Positions 1-9,900 of a stretch of DNA of 26,595 nucleotides are shown here, piece after piece. Source of the stretch: a virus (taxonomy: Duplodnaviria > Heunggongvirae > Uroviricota > Caudoviricetes). How positions within the stretch are numbered: the first letter of the stretch is position 1; every line of letters begins with the position of its first letter. Below the pieces are notes generated by a model that saw only the letters and a program-made list of their open reading frames with translations, searched no databases and was not told where the DNA came from. A program made the position numbers and the translations under genes. Where the stretch lies: IMG/VR virus record IMGVR_UViG_2684622582_000007, one strand, 5' to 3'.

Positions 1-234
1 ATGAAATCAAAAGACACCCTAAAGTGGTTCCCTGCGCAACTTCCTGAAGTAAGAATTATCCTAGGGGATGCTGTAGTGGAAGTAGCAAAACAGGGAAGAC
101 CTATCAATACCAGAACATTGCTTGATTACATTGAAGGAAACATAAAGAAAAAGTCATGGCTGGATAACAAAGAATTATTACAAACAGCGATATCAGTTCT
201 TAAAGACAACAAAAATTTAAATGGTAAAATGTAA
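1..234 (+). CDS. Hypothetical small protein (77 aa), function unknown
   Basis: ORF begins with ATG at window position 1 and ends with TAA at 232-234. It is AT-rich (about 40% GC), unlike the lambda-like late region. No motif recognised. It may be complete or the in-frame tail of a longer gene starting upstream of the window. Confidence 0.4.
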   Translation: MKSKDTLKWFPAQLPEVRIILGDAVVEVAKQGRPINTRTLLDYIEGNIKKKSWLDNKELLQTAISVLKDNKNLNGKM

Positions 235-463
235 TATAATAAACTTACTTTTTTATCATTTTTCCACTTTAACAACATTTTGCTCCACTTTTCCACGACC
301 AAACAACTTGAAATCTGGTTAAAATAACACGCAACACTATTCTTCTTCCTTGAGTCCGCCCGGAACTCGAAAAACAAACCGAGTTAAGGCCATTTTTCAC
401 AAAATCGATTTTGGGTCTCACCAAAATTACGGGATTGCATACGCATTCGTTTATTTTCGAACG

Positions 464-483
464 TGTACATACAAATATGTACA
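464..483. promoter_or_regulatory. Perfect 8-bp inverted repeat TGTACATA-CAAA-TATGTACA in the AT-rich region upstream of the recombinase gene; candidate operator or recombinase-binding site
   Basis: Palindrome read directly from sequence, about 70 bp upstream of the recombinase start at 553, inside a 320 bp AT-rich non-coding stretch. Confidence 0.3.
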
Positions 484-552
484 AAAATAATCAAAATTAT
501 TTTCTGAGATGCATTATGATATGTACACCAATTTCGTATAGAAGTTCTCACT

Positions 553-1143
553 ATGTCTCGAATTTATGCTTACTGTCGGGTATCAACTCTGGAACAGACA
601 ACCAAAAATCAACGTCGGGAAATCGAAAGTGCAGGTTTTAACATCAAATCTCAGCAAATAATTGAAGAACAAATTAGCGGCTCAGCAGCAACCAGTGAGC
701 GTCCTGGTTTTAACCAGTTGCTTGATCGACTGAAAAGAGGTGATGAATTGATTGTCACAAAACTGGATCGCCTCGGTTGTAATCCAATGGATATCAGTAA
801 AACGGTGGAACAACTGACCAAAGCAGGTATCAAAGTGCATTGCTTAGCATTGGGGGGCGTTGACCTGACCAGTCCACCTGGAAAAATGATGATGCAAGTA
901 ATTTCAGCAGTCGCTGAATTTGAGCGAGATCTTTTACTTGAGCGTACTCATTCAGGGATATTAAAAGCACGGGGCGCAGGAAAGCGATTTGGTCGCCCAC
1001 CTGTGTTAAATGATGAACAAATACAGAGGGTACTAGAGCAAATTAAGTCAGGTATAAATATAAGTGACATTGCCCAAGAATTCAAAACCTCGCGGCAAAC
1101 CATTTTAAGAGCTAAAGCAAAAAATCAGACACCTGATATATAA
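553..1143 (+). CDS. Serine site-specific recombinase, resolvase/invertase family (Pin/Gin/Hin-like)
   Basis: 196 aa. N-terminal YCRVSTLEQ with the catalytic serine in the conserved Y-x-R-V-S-T-x-x-Q context, KLDRLGCN motif, and a C-terminal helix-turn-helix ([17 protein letters not shown]). Position next to tail-fibre genes is typical for Pin-type invertases, but the sequence diverges from Gin/Pin. Confidence 0.85.
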   Translation: MSRIYAYCRVSTLEQTTKNQRREIESAGFNIKSQQIIEEQISGSAATSERPGFNQLLDRLKRGDELIVTKLDRLGCNPMDISKTVEQLTKAGIKVHCLALGGVDLTSPPGKMMMQVISAVAEFERDLLLERTHSGILKARGAGKRFGRPPVLNDEQIQRVLEQIKSGINISDIAQEFKTSRQTILRAKAKNQTPDI

Positions 1144-1240
1144 AAATAATCTCGGTGTGAGATTCCTTACGTTTTCCAAGCCCCCCTTCCTAGCCTTAAA
1201 TGGAAAGATACCTCTAATTATAGAATTTATATATCTTACC

Positions 1241-1501
1241 CTACGGAAGGGCTGGCCATTCAATATCCGGTGCAGTTGATGTATCAACACGGTTCAGCAA
1301 CACCCGATATTTATTCCATGCCTCCAGCAACGATCTTTCTTCCTCCGTTGCGATTTCCAGATCTACAGCATCCTGCAGTGGCGCAATATACTCACTGAAT
1401 TCCTGGATGTAGAACTGTGTGGTGACGGTCTTCCAGCCATTCGGCTCCTGCTGTATCGAAGCATACCAGGCTATTTCAATATCGCTATGCTGCGGCAGCA
1501 T
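1241..1501 (-). pseudogene. Tail fibre assembly protein (tfa) 3' remnant
   Basis: The C-terminal 50 aa ([48 protein letters not shown]) are near-identical to the C-terminus of the full Tfa at 2281-2865. The N-terminal 36 aa are unrelated to Tfa and the ORF is only 86 aa. Confidence 0.55.
1250..1397. repeat. Direct repeat copy 1 (about 148 bp, about 90% identical to 2300-2447), derived from the 3' end of a tfa gene
   Basis: Aligned by eye: caatatccggtgcagttgatgtatcaacacggttcagcaacacccgata... at 1261 versus caatatcaggtgcagttgatgtatcaacacggttcagcaacacccgata... at 2311. Similarity stops near 1397 and 2447. Confidence 0.8.
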
Positions 1502-1557
1502 TTAACCCCTTGTAATTCATCGCCATAATTGATTTAATTCACAAATAAAACTATAAC

Positions 1558-2226
1558 ATGGTGAAATTAATGAAAAAAAACACAGATGATGGGGCTAAAA
1601 TTTACACACCACTTACCCTAAAGCTTTATGACTGGTGGGTTTTGGGAGTATCAAATCGGCTTGCATGGGGATGTCCTACAAAGGAACACCTTCTTCCACA
1701 CTTTCTGGAACATTTAGGTAACAACCATCTGGATATTGGTGTTGGAACTGGGTTTTACCTTACTCACGTACCTGAGAGTAGTCTGATATCTTTAATGGAT
1801 TTGAACGAAGCTAGCCTGAACGCGGCATCTACAAGGGCTGGGGAATCAAAAATTAAACATAAAATTAACCATGATGTTTTTGAACCTTATCCCGCGGCGT
1901 TACATGGTCAATTTGATTCCATTTCCATGTTTTACCTTCTTCACTGTCTGCCTGGAAATATATCTACAAAAAGCTGTGTAATACGCAATGCGGCGCAGGC
2001 CTTAACTGACGATGGAACTCTATACGGAGCCACAATTCTTGGCGATGGAGTTGTGCACAATAGCTTCGGCCAAAAACTGATGCGCATTTACAATCAGAAA
2101 GGCATCTTTTCAAACACAAAAGATTCCGAAGAAGGCTTAACACATATACTCTCAGAGCATTTCGAGAATGTTAAAACCAAGGTTCAAGGTACTGTAGTAA
2201 TGTTTTCTGCTTCAGGGAAAAAATAG
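1558..2226 (+). CDS. Class I SAM-dependent methyltransferase (orphan; substrate unknown; not a recognisable DNA methyltransferase)
   Basis: 222 aa with Rossmann motif I LDIGVGTGFY. No DPPY/NPPY or PC-ENV DNA-methyltransferase motifs seen. AT-rich, on the opposite strand to the flanking tail-fibre genes. The start may be the ATG at 1570 (MKKNTDD), which follows a GGTGA Shine-Dalgarno-like sequence. Confidence 0.8.
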   Translation: MVKLMKKNTDDGAKIYTPLTLKLYDWWVLGVSNRLAWGCPTKEHLLPHFLEHLGNNHLDIGVGTGFYLTHVPESSLISLMDLNEASLNAASTRAGESKIKHKINHDVFEPYPAALHGQFDSISMFYLLHCLPGNISTKSCVIRNAAQALTDDGTLYGATILGDGVVHNSFGQKLMRIYNQKGIFSNTKDSEEGLTHILSEHFENVKTKVQGTVVMFSASGKK

Positions 2227-2233
2227 CATCCAA

Positions 2234-2266
2234 CCGCAGCACGTTCTTGCTTAAGACGTGCTGCGG
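2234..2266. terminator. Stem-loop (11-bp perfect stem CCGCAGCACGT / ACGTGCTGCGG, 11-nt loop) between the convergent methyltransferase and tfa genes; possible bidirectional terminator or RNA-stabilising hairpin
   Basis: Inverted repeat read from sequence between the methyltransferase stop (2226) and tfa stop (2281). No U-tract on either strand, so intrinsic-terminator status is uncertain. Confidence 0.35.
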
Positions 2267-2280
2267 CATAATCCCAATGA

Positions 2281-2865
2281 TTACTCCCTGACAGGATTTG
2301 CAGGCCACTCAATATCAGGTGCAGTTGATGTATCAACACGGTTCAGCAACACCCGATACTTTTTCCAGGCTTCCAGCAATGAGGTTTCTTCCTCCGTTGC
2401 GATTTCCAGATCTACAGCATCCTGAAGTGGCGCAATATGCTCACTGGCTACCTGCATCAGGCTGTTTTTTGTTTCTTCCGCCTCCCGGATCCGGAACAGT
2501 TTTTCTGCTTCTGCATCTTTCACCCAGGCTGTGCCGTTCCACTTCTGAAACTCCCCTTCCGGCGATAACCAGGTAACATTTTCCGGTAACGGACCGAGTT
2601 CAGAAATAAATAACTCGTCCCCTGACGCTACGTCATAAACCGTTTTACCCCGATGGTCTTCAACGAGATGCCACGATGCCTCATCACTGTTGAAAACAGC
2701 CACAAAGCCAGCAGGAATATCTGGTGGTGCAATATCGGTACTGTTTGCTGGCAGACCTGTATGAGGCGGAATATATGCGTCACCTTCACCAATAAATTCA
2801 TTAGTTCCGGCCAGCAGATTATAAATTTTTATGGTCCGTGCTTGTTCACTCATTCTGAATGCCAT
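2281..2865 (-). CDS. tfa: Tail fibre assembly protein Tfa
   Basis: 194 aa, [39 protein letters not shown]..., recognised as lambda-type Tfa. Lies directly downstream of stf. Confidence 0.93.
   Translation of the reverse strand: MAFRMSEQARTIKIYNLLAGTNEFIGEGDAYIPPHTGLPANSTDIAPPDIPAGFVAVFNSDEASWHLVEDHRGKTVYDVASGDELFISELGPLPENVTWLSPEGEFQKWNGTAWVKDAEAEKLFRIREAEETKNSLMQVASEHIAPLQDAVDLEIATEEETSLLEAWKKYRVLLNRVDTSTAPDIEWPANPVRE
2300..2447. repeat. Direct repeat copy 2 (inside the 3' end of the intact tfa gene)
   Basis: See copy 1 at 1250-1397. Confidence 0.8.
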
Positions 2866-5693
2866 TATGCAAGCCTCACAATATAGTTAAATGCGATGTT
2901 TTTGACGGTGTTTTCCGCGTTACCAGCAGCGTTAACGGTGATGGTGTGTCCATGTGAGCCAATCGCAACGGAGTGCGTATGAGCACCAATACCGACAGTA
3001 TGTGCGTGTGCACCTGCGCTTGCAGCAGTGCCGGACAGTGAGTGGGTATGCGCGCCAGCAGAGTTCGTATTCGCCATCGTGCCAATGCCCAGACCAACCG
3101 TCCCTTGTACCTGGTATGAGTTACTTCCGACAGCTGTAGAACCATACTGATAGGTGTCTTTAAAAGTGCTTGTATTAAACCTGCGACCATCAACGTGCGA
3201 GTGTGCTCCGGCCGAGCTTGTAGAGCCGCTCAGACTGTGCGTATGCGCCCCGGTGTTATTCGTGGATTTAGTGCCGTAATCAAACGACGATGTGGTTTTC
3301 GTACCCAAATCCGTACTGGATGCGCTGGCGCTGTGGGTGTGCGATTTAATGCCGTCCTGTTCCTGAGACAATACGGCACGACCACTGGCGGGCTTGCCCT
3401 TAATCGTCCAGCCACGCATATCAGGGATCACGCCTGACGGATAAGCGACTGCAAGTTTCGGGTAGGCAGATTTGTCAAAAGTCTGCCCCTGCATCAGGGC
3501 ATAACCAGACGGAACGGTATCCGATGGCCACGGGATTGGTGCGCCAGGCGGATAAAACTGCTCTGATGGCGTATAGAGTGAATAAACTGTACCGTCCGTT
3601 AACCCTTCCGGCTTATTAGCAGAATATGCTGGTGACGTATGAATCGTTACGCTGGCATTACTGGTATAATCCCATTGAATATTTACACCAGTCGCATAAT
3701 TTCCGATTGCAACGTAAATATCGTAAGTATCACCAGATGTATTGACCCAGGCAAAATTTGTAAACCCTGCCGATGTGCGCTGCCATAAAGCACCAGTAAT
3801 CCCCTTCGGATTACCATTACCTGCACGCAAAACAAGTTCAGATATACCTGCCTGTTGAGGTGATCCGACGTTATATCCAGCCCCACCAATCAACGTAATT
3901 GAAACAACAGAACTCGCCTGCGGCATGGTTACCGTTGCTAATTTGAACCAACCAGCACCACCGCTGAATGACATAGTTGTTGAGTTAAGCGTACCAATAT
4001 CTTTCGGTGTCAGTGTTATATCCGCTGAAAGCGCCTTACCATTCACCTTACGGGCAGAAGGTACCCGACCATTCGCATTGTCATTAGCTGCTTTCACTGC
4101 TTTCGATGTCGCAGCAAGCGTTTCAGATGCGCTGTTGGTTGCACTACTGAGCTGGACAATTCCTTTTTGTGCTGTCGTAGCGTCCTGAGCGGTATATTTC
4201 CCGTTAGCCAGGTCATACGCGGCCTTAACGGCTTTTGGCGTTGCCGCCTGTGACTCGGAAGTGCTGTTAGTCGCGCTGCTTAGCTGGACTATCCCCTTTT
4301 TCGTCGTGCTCGCATCCTCAAGCGCCACAGCGGATGCAATATCCTCTGCCCGTTTTGCTGCTGTCTCGGCGCGCGTTGCTGCGGATTCTGCCGTACTCTT
4401 GCTCTGTGCTGCCGCCGTCGCACTGCCAGCAGCCTCTGTTGCCTTCGTGGATGCCGTCGTGGCGCTGCCCTTCGCTGCTGACGCTTGTCTGGTCGCCTCA
4501 TCTTTTGAAGCAGACGCCGATGAGGCCGATGACGCCGCCGAACTGGCGGACGATGCGGCAGCCGTTTTTGAGGATTCTGCGCTGGTTTCCGACGCTTTCG
4601 CGTTCGTTTCGGATGTCTTCGCTGCGGAAGCTGACCTCGCTGCTGCGCTGGCCTGTTCAGTGGCTTCGCCAGCCTTCGTTGTGGCTGTTGAAGCGGATGA
4701 TGCGGCGCTTTCTGCCGATTTTCCGGCGGCGATGGCACTGGCTGAGGCCTGCCCGGCACTTGTTGACGCGGCACTGGCAGACGACGCAGCCGCTGTTTTT
4801 GAGCCTGCCGCAGCTGAGGCGCTCTGTCCCGCTGCCGTCTCAGAAGACCTGGCGTTCGTCTCGGACGTTTTTGCCGCCTTCGCGGAATTTGCTGCCGCCG
4901 TTGCCGAGGAAGCTGCGCTACTGGCGCTCGAGGATGCGTTCGTTTCTGATGATTTTGCCGCCTCTTTTGAAGCCGACGCATCCCGGGCTGAGGTGGCAGC
5001 TTCTGACGCTTTCGTAGTCGCGGTGGATGCAGAAGTGGCTGCTGATTGTTGTGACGCTGCAGCATTCGTTTCTGACGTTTTCGCGGCACTGGCACTGGTA
5101 GCTGCCGCGCTTTTTGAGGACTCTGCAGCGGCAGCACTTTTTTCCGCTTCAGTGGCCTTTGTTGATGCCGTTCCTGCGCTGGAAGACGCTGACTGAGCCG
5201 ACGAAGCGGCCTGTCCGGCTGACGTGCTGGCTGCGCGTGCTGAGCCTGCAGCATCAGTCGCATGGGTTGCCGCCTCACGGGCAGATGTACCGGCATCGCC
5301 GGCTGACTTCTTCGCGGCTGCCGTGTTCTGTGCCACCGCGGACGCGTTACGCGCCACCTCTTCCACCATCAGTTCAAAACGGCGCAGAGCCTCCGGACGG
5401 GCATCATCCTCCGTCATGGCACCGAGAAAATCATTCAGCGTACCGGGTCGGGAATCTTCATACACGGTGATGGTCCCGGCATGTGACGGCGGGAATCCTT
5501 CCACCAACAGAATAACGCTGTACTGACCGTACTCAACGTCCATGCTGTAACGCCCGGCTTCATCCGGATTTTCTGAGGCCAGCGTGTTCACCACCACCGC
5601 GGTGCTGTTACGTTTTGCTTTCAGCTGGATTGTGCAGTTCTGTACCGGTTTTCCTGTGCCGTCTTTCAGTACACCTGAAATCTTTACTGCCAT
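2865..5693 (-). CDS. stf: Side tail fibre protein Stf
   Basis: N-terminus [31 protein letters not shown]... matches lambda Stf. Long Ala/Ser/Thr-rich low-complexity region, then a C-terminal distal domain with His-rich GAHxHS repeats. The ATG at 5693 is preferred over the upstream GTG at 5699 and keeps the 64-nt lom-stf spacing seen in lambda. Confidence 0.9.
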   Translation of the reverse strand: MAVKISGVLKDGTGKPVQNCTIQLKAKRNSTAVVVNTLASENPDEAGRYSMDVEYGQYSVILLVEGFPPSHAGTITVYEDSRPGTLNDFLGAMTEDDARPEALRRFELMVEEVARNASAVAQNTAAAKKSAGDAGTSAREAATHATDAAGSARAASTSAGQAASSAQSASSSAGTASTKATEAEKSAAAAESSKSAAATSASAAKTSETNAAASQQSAATSASTATTKASEAATSARDASASKEAAKSSETNASSSASSAASSATAAANSAKAAKTSETNARSSETAAGQSASAAAGSKTAAASSASAASTSAGQASASAIAAGKSAESAASSASTATTKAGEATEQASAAARSASAAKTSETNAKASETSAESSKTAAASSASSAASSASSASASKDEATRQASAAKGSATTASTKATEAAGSATAAAQSKSTAESAATRAETAAKRAEDIASAVALEDASTTKKGIVQLSSATNSTSESQAATPKAVKAAYDLANGKYTAQDATTAQKGIVQLSSATNSASETLAATSKAVKAANDNANGRVPSARKVNGKALSADITLTPKDIGTLNSTTMSFSGGAGWFKLATVTMPQASSVVSITLIGGAGYNVGSPQQAGISELVLRAGNGNPKGITGALWQRTSAGFTNFAWVNTSGDTYDIYVAIGNYATGVNIQWDYTSNASVTIHTSPAYSANKPEGLTDGTVYSLYTPSEQFYPPGAPIPWPSDTVPSGYALMQGQTFDKSAYPKLAVAYPSGVIPDMRGWTIKGKPASGRAVLSQEQDGIKSHTHSASASSTDLGTKTTSSFDYGTKSTNNTGAHTHSLSGSTSSAGAHSHVDGRRFNTSTFKDTYQYGSTAVGSNSYQVQGTVGLGIGTMANTNSAGAHTHSLSGTAASAGAHAHTVGIGAHTHSVAIGSHGHTITVNAAGNAENTVKNIAFNYIVRLA

Positions 5694-5703
5694 ATTCACC
5701 CCA

Positions 5704-5731
5704 CAAAAAAGCCCGCCTGAACAGGCGGGCT
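5704..5731 (-). terminator. Intrinsic terminator downstream of lom (minus strand)
   Basis: Inverted repeat AGCCCGCCTG..CAGGCGGGCT with an A6 run on the plus strand, giving a GC-rich hairpin followed by U6 on the minus strand, just after the lom stop. Confidence 0.6.
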
Positions 5732-5757
5732 GTCATAACACTGTGTTACCTGGCTAA

Positions 5758-6357
5758 TCAGAACTTATAACCGACACCCACGATGAAACCGTCAGTGCGC
5801 CAGTCGCCACTGCCGGAGCCTTCATAAGCAATATCAATGGCCACGGATTCGGTCGGGTTAAACTGCACGCCAGCTCCCCACGCCAGAGACGTGTTGCTGT
5901 GGCGACCGTCATCACTTCCGGTCAGCACGTCGTGCGTTTTCCCCTTGTTGTCAGTTACGCGGAGATAATCCCCGGAGAAAGTCGACACACGGCTGTAAGC
6001 CATACCCGCCATCGCATACGCGCTGAACCATTCATTCACGCGCACAGACGGCCCCACCATCACGCTGAACCAGCGGTTACGCACGGAATCTTCATGCCAG
6101 CGGGTATCGCTGTAACGGGTAAGCTGGCGATTCTTGTCTCCTGCATAGCTGAATGACGTCACCAGCCCCAGTGTGTCCGTAAACTCATAACGGTATTTCA
6201 CGTTAATCCCGTTAAGATCATCGCTGCCGGGAACGTTCGTCGAGGCATGAAGATACCCCGCGCTCAGCGTGGACTGATGTTCAGATGCCCATGCAGGCGC
6301 ACCGGATACGGCCAGACAAATGGCTGCGGACAAAATGGCGGCATAAAGTTTACGCAT
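5758..6357 (-). CDS. lom: Outer membrane protein Lom (Ail/Lom family)
   Basis: 199 aa with signal peptide. C-terminal half (...SAYAMAG...[26 protein letters not shown]) matches lambda Lom; the N-terminal half differs. GAGAGG Shine-Dalgarno upstream of the ATG at 6357. Confidence 0.88.
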
Positions 6358-6426
6358 AATTACCTCTCGCTTTTCTGCAATAAAAAAGGCACCATTTCTG
6401 GTGCCCTTATATGGGTTATAACAATT

Positions 6427-9400
6427 TCAACGAATACTGATGCCGGAAGCGGCTTTTTTGGTCACAATCACCGTACAGTCGGTGATATTACCTGCCCACT
6501 GATTGCCTTTATGGAAAACCTTAAACTCCAGAGTGACGCTTCCCCTGCCACTCGGCATATCAATAACCGCACTGTAGCTACCGGGAATGGCCCCTTTAGT
6601 TTCTCTGGATGCGATTAATACACCGTTTTTGCGAACTTCAAAACCATAACCCGTGTATCTTGTACCTCCCGGGTTATTACCACTTCCCGGATCGCTATAC
6701 GCTATTCCGTTAAAGATAATGGGCGGAATAATGATTTGACGGTCAAAGTTATGATCATCGCTGATGGTGACTGTAACCGTCCCGTTTGGTGTTTCCGTGT
6801 TACCCCACGTACCAGCCTGTTTCGGAAATGATTTGGATACAGCTTTAACGAAGTCACCTCTGACCTGAGTCGCCTCCAGCATGCCCTTAATCGTACAGTT
6901 TTCATTTACCGTGACATTGTTGAGCGTCCCGGCGTTCGCATTCACACTGCCACTGATATCCGCATTTTTAGCGGTCAGCTTTCCGTCTGATGTCAGGGAA
7001 AATACCGGAGGATTGCCGCCGCTGGTAATGGTGGGAGCCGTCAGATACTTCAGGAACACTTCGTTCATGAATATCTGGTTGCCCTGTGCCACAAACATCG
7101 GCGTTTCATTCCCGTTTGCCGGGTCAATAAACGCGATACGGTTAGCGGCAACCAGGAACTGGCTCAGTTTGCCTTCCTCCGTATCCTCCATGCTGAGGCC
7201 AAGCCCCGCGACATAATGCCTGCCGTCCTCGGTCTGCTCAATTTTGACGCCCCACATGGCATTCCATTTATCGTTGGCGTCTTTCCACTCTTTCGAAAAC
7301 TCCTCCAGTCTGCTGGCGTTATCCTCCGTCAGCTCGACTTTTTCCAGCAGCTCCTGGCCGAGATGGGATTCGGTTATCTGGCCTTTGAAAAAATCCAGGT
7401 AACCTTCCGCATCATCGCTCGCCCGACCGACAGCCTCCACGAATGCCGATTTGCCAACAGTGTTCACACTGCGAACGTAAAAATAATAATCATGGCCCGG
7501 CTTAATATTGATACTGGCAGCTATCCAGTACAGCGCCGTGCCAAGATAGCGGGCTGCGGTTTCAACCTGCCTGATATCCGCAATCCGCTTTTCCGAGAAC
7601 CAGAACTCAAACTGTACCGTCGGGTCATAAACCGCAAGATGCGGCGTGGCGGTTATCTGAAAATAGCCCGGTGTCAGCTCAATCCGAGACGGCGCTGCCG
7701 GTGCGGCAATCCGGAACGATACCGACGCCGGATCGCCCTGCTGTCCCCAGGCATTTGCCGCCCGGACTGTCAGTCTGTAGTTTCCCAGCGCCAGTTGCGT
7801 GAAGCGGTATGTGGTTTCCGTCGTCCGGGCCGTGCTGACCAGCCGCTCACTGCCGTCATCCGCTGCCACGGTCAGGCGAAGCATAAAGCTCACCCCCTTC
7901 ACCACCTTCGGCGTATCCCAGCGCGCCAGCACCTGGTATTCCCCGCTGTCTGCGGTGACTTCGGCAGTCAGGTGCTGCACTGCTGGCGGCGTGACACCAT
8001 TCACCGTGCCGCTCTGGTCACCGTCAAAGTGCGCCCCGTTATCCACGATGGCTTCTTTCTCCGGTACATGCTGCACGGCAGTGATGGCATACGTACCGTC
8101 ATCGTTCTCACGGATACTCACACAGCGGAACAGGCGCTGGCGCAGCGTCGGCAGCTTCAGCCCCCACACGCTGTACTCGGCAACGCCGTCAGGAACCCGG
8201 CTCACTTTCACCTTCACGCCGTCGGTGACGGACTGGACCTCCACGCTCACCGGATTACCCTGCCCGTCAACCAGGCTTATCAGCGTGGTGCCGGAGGATG
8301 GCAGCGTGATTTCACGGTCGAGCGTCAGCGTCCGGGTCTGGCTGTTTACCGCAAGCACGCGCCCGCCGATGCTGATACCCGCATAGTCATCATCGCAGAT
8401 TTCAATGACATCGCCCGGTACATGGCGAAGCCCTTCTGCGCCCACGCTGAAGTCCACAGTCTGCGTTTCCAGCAGTTCCGTTTTAATCAGCCACAGCCCG
8501 GCGCGGTGTGCCTGCCCCCGGCTGGTACAGCCAAAGGCATCCATCTTCATAACATTACGACCGTAACGGGCAATGGCCTGCGTATCTTCAACAAGCTCTG
8601 TCGCCGTCTCCCAGCCGTTGTTCGGGTCAATCCAGTTCACCTCAACGGCATTATGGCGGTCCTTCAGGGCGCTGAAGCTGTAGCGGAACGGCGCGCCATC
8701 ATCCGGCATCACCACATTACTGCGGTTATAGGTCCACACCTTATCTGATGGTCGGTCCTGCACGAACGTCAGCGTCTGCCCGTTCCATACCGGCATACAG
8801 CGCATCGCCGAGCAGAAATCACTGAGCACATCCCACGCCTTGCGCTGTGTGGTCAGGTACGCATTACAGGTGATGCGCGGCTCCGTGCCGCCAAAGCCGT
8901 CCGGCACTGACTGGTCGCAGTACTGGCCGATGACATACAGCGCCCATTTATCCACATCCACCGCACCAAGACGTTTCCCCATGCCGTAGCGCGGATGGGT
9001 CAGCATATCCCACAGACACCAGGCCATGTTGTTGCTGTATGCCGGTTTAAACGTTCCGTCCCAGATACCGCTGTATTGCCGCGTCTGCGGGTTATAGTTC
9101 GACGGCACCTGCAGAATGCGCCCGCGAAGATGATAATTACGGCTCACCTGCTGGCTGCCGAACTGCTCCGAGTCCACCTGCACGCCGACCAGTGCCGTGT
9201 TCGGGTAGCACTGTTTCACATCGATGATTTCGGTGTATGACGACCAGAGCGTTTTGTTCTGCAGCTGGTCTGTGGTGCTGTCCGGCGTCATCCTGCGCAT
9301 CCGGATGTTGAACGGGCGCGGCGGCAGGTTACCCACCACCACCGAGGCCAGATACTGCGAGGTGGTTTTGCCCTTAATGGTGATGTCTTTTTCCGTCACC

Positions 9401-9840
9401 CAGCCACCGTTACGCTGTATCTGAACCAGCAGGCGGACTTCCGACGGATTCCGGTCCCCCTTTGAGGTGGTTTCCACCAGTGCCTGCACACCGAAGGTAA
9501 AGCGCAGACGGTCGATGTTTGCAGACGTGATGGTCCGGGTAATCGGCGTGTCGTACTTCACTTCCGTACCCAGCACCGTCTCGGAGCCGGAGGATTCAAA
9601 TCCCTCCGGCGGAGTCTGCTCCTGCTCACCGGCCCGGAACACCACCGTGACACCGGCGATGTTGGTATTCCCCTCACTGTCCAGCACCGGCGTACTGTTC
9701 AGCAGCACGCTTTTTAATCCATCCACCGGACCTTCAACCGGCCCTTCACTGATGGCATCAATCACACTCAGCAACTGCGTGGATTTCAGGTTGTCCTTCG
9801 CTTCGCGCGGGGTATGCCCCTTACTGCTGCCTTTACCCAT
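6427..9840 (-). CDS. J: Tail tip / host specificity protein J (central tail fibre)
   Basis: 1137 aa, [41 protein letters not shown]..., recognised as lambda gpJ and at the lambda position after I. The C-terminal region appears to differ from lambda J as I remember it. Confidence 0.95.
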   Translation of the reverse strand: MGKGSSKGHTPREAKDNLKSTQLLSVIDAISEGPVEGPVDGLKSVLLNSTPVLDSEGNTNIAGVTVVFRAGEQEQTPPEGFESSGSETVLGTEVKYDTPITRTITSANIDRLRFTFGVQALVETTSKGDRNPSEVRLLVQIQRNGGWVTEKDITIKGKTTSQYLASVVVGNLPPRPFNIRMRRMTPDSTTDQLQNKTLWSSYTEIIDVKQCYPNTALVGVQVDSEQFGSQQVSRNYHLRGRILQVPSNYNPQTRQYSGIWDGTFKPAYSNNMAWCLWDMLTHPRYGMGKRLGAVDVDKWALYVIGQYCDQSVPDGFGGTEPRITCNAYLTTQRKAWDVLSDFCSAMRCMPVWNGQTLTFVQDRPSDKVWTYNRSNVVMPDDGAPFRYSFSALKDRHNAVEVNWIDPNNGWETATELVEDTQAIARYGRNVMKMDAFGCTSRGQAHRAGLWLIKTELLETQTVDFSVGAEGLRHVPGDVIEICDDDYAGISIGGRVLAVNSQTRTLTLDREITLPSSGTTLISLVDGQGNPVSVEVQSVTDGVKVKVSRVPDGVAEYSVWGLKLPTLRQRLFRCVSIRENDDGTYAITAVQHVPEKEAIVDNGAHFDGDQSGTVNGVTPPAVQHLTAEVTADSGEYQVLARWDTPKVVKGVSFMLRLTVAADDGSERLVSTARTTETTYRFTQLALGNYRLTVRAANAWGQQGDPASVSFRIAAPAAPSRIELTPGYFQITATPHLAVYDPTVQFEFWFSEKRIADIRQVETAARYLGTALYWIAASINIKPGHDYYFYVRSVNTVGKSAFVEAVGRASDDAEGYLDFFKGQITESHLGQELLEKVELTEDNASRLEEFSKEWKDANDKWNAMWGVKIEQTEDGRHYVAGLGLSMEDTEEGKLSQFLVAANRIAFIDPANGNETPMFVAQGNQIFMNEVFLKYLTAPTITSGGNPPVFSLTSDGKLTAKNADISGSVNANAGTLNNVTVNENCTIKGMLEATQVRGDFVKAVSKSFPKQAGTWGNTETPNGTVTVTISDDHNFDRQIIIPPIIFNGIAYSDPGSGNNPGGTRYTGYGFEVRKNGVLIASRETKGAIPGSYSAVIDMPSGRGSVTLEFKVFHKGNQWAGNITDCTVIVTKKAASGISIR

Positions 9841-9862
9841 TCCTCACGCTCCATAAACGACA

Positions 9863-9882
9863 AAACCGCCCGGAGGCGGTTT
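9863..9882 (-). promoter_or_regulatory. Hairpin between I and J (AAACCGCC-CGGA-GGCGGTTT), followed by U4 on the minus strand; possible attenuator or RNA-processing structure
   Basis: Inverted repeat read from sequence in the 60-nt I-J intergenic gap. Confidence 0.35.
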
Positions 9883-9900
9883 CACATAAAACATTTTGCA

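Noticed and set aside
1144-1260. Possible gix/hix-type invertase crossover site downstream of the recombinase gene (TTCCTTACGTTTTCCAAG region)
   Set aside because: It matches the 26-bp consensus at only a few positions, is not palindromic, and has no inverted partner in the window.
1558-2226. Possibility that the methyltransferase is a DNA methyltransferase of a restriction-modification or anti-restriction system, or an NleE-like type III effector
   Set aside because: No DPPY/NPPY (N6-adenine/N4-cytosine) or PCQ/ENV (C5-cytosine) motifs, no adjacent endonuclease gene, and no resemblance to NleE as I recall it. It is kept as an orphan class I methyltransferase of unknown substrate.
4261-5296. 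Long ORFs antisense to or overlapping stf (4261-5196 plus strand, Ala-rich 311 aa; 4289-5296 minus strand, Arg/Pro/Gln-rich 335 aa; 4334-5017 plus strand)
   Set aside because: They lie entirely within the low-complexity GC-rich repeat region of stf, have extreme amino-acid composition and no start context. They are alternative-frame artefacts of the repetitive coding sequence.
7216-8748. 510-aa plus-strand ORF antisense to J, and similar plus-strand ORFs antisense to L/M/H (11212-12018, 11984-12649, 12633-13627), C (20247-20738) and A (23804-24571)
   Set aside because: Each is fully embedded antisense in a well-supported lambda structural gene. GC-rich sequence gives long stop-free antisense frames, and the proteins are Arg/Pro/Cys-rich with no recognisable domains.
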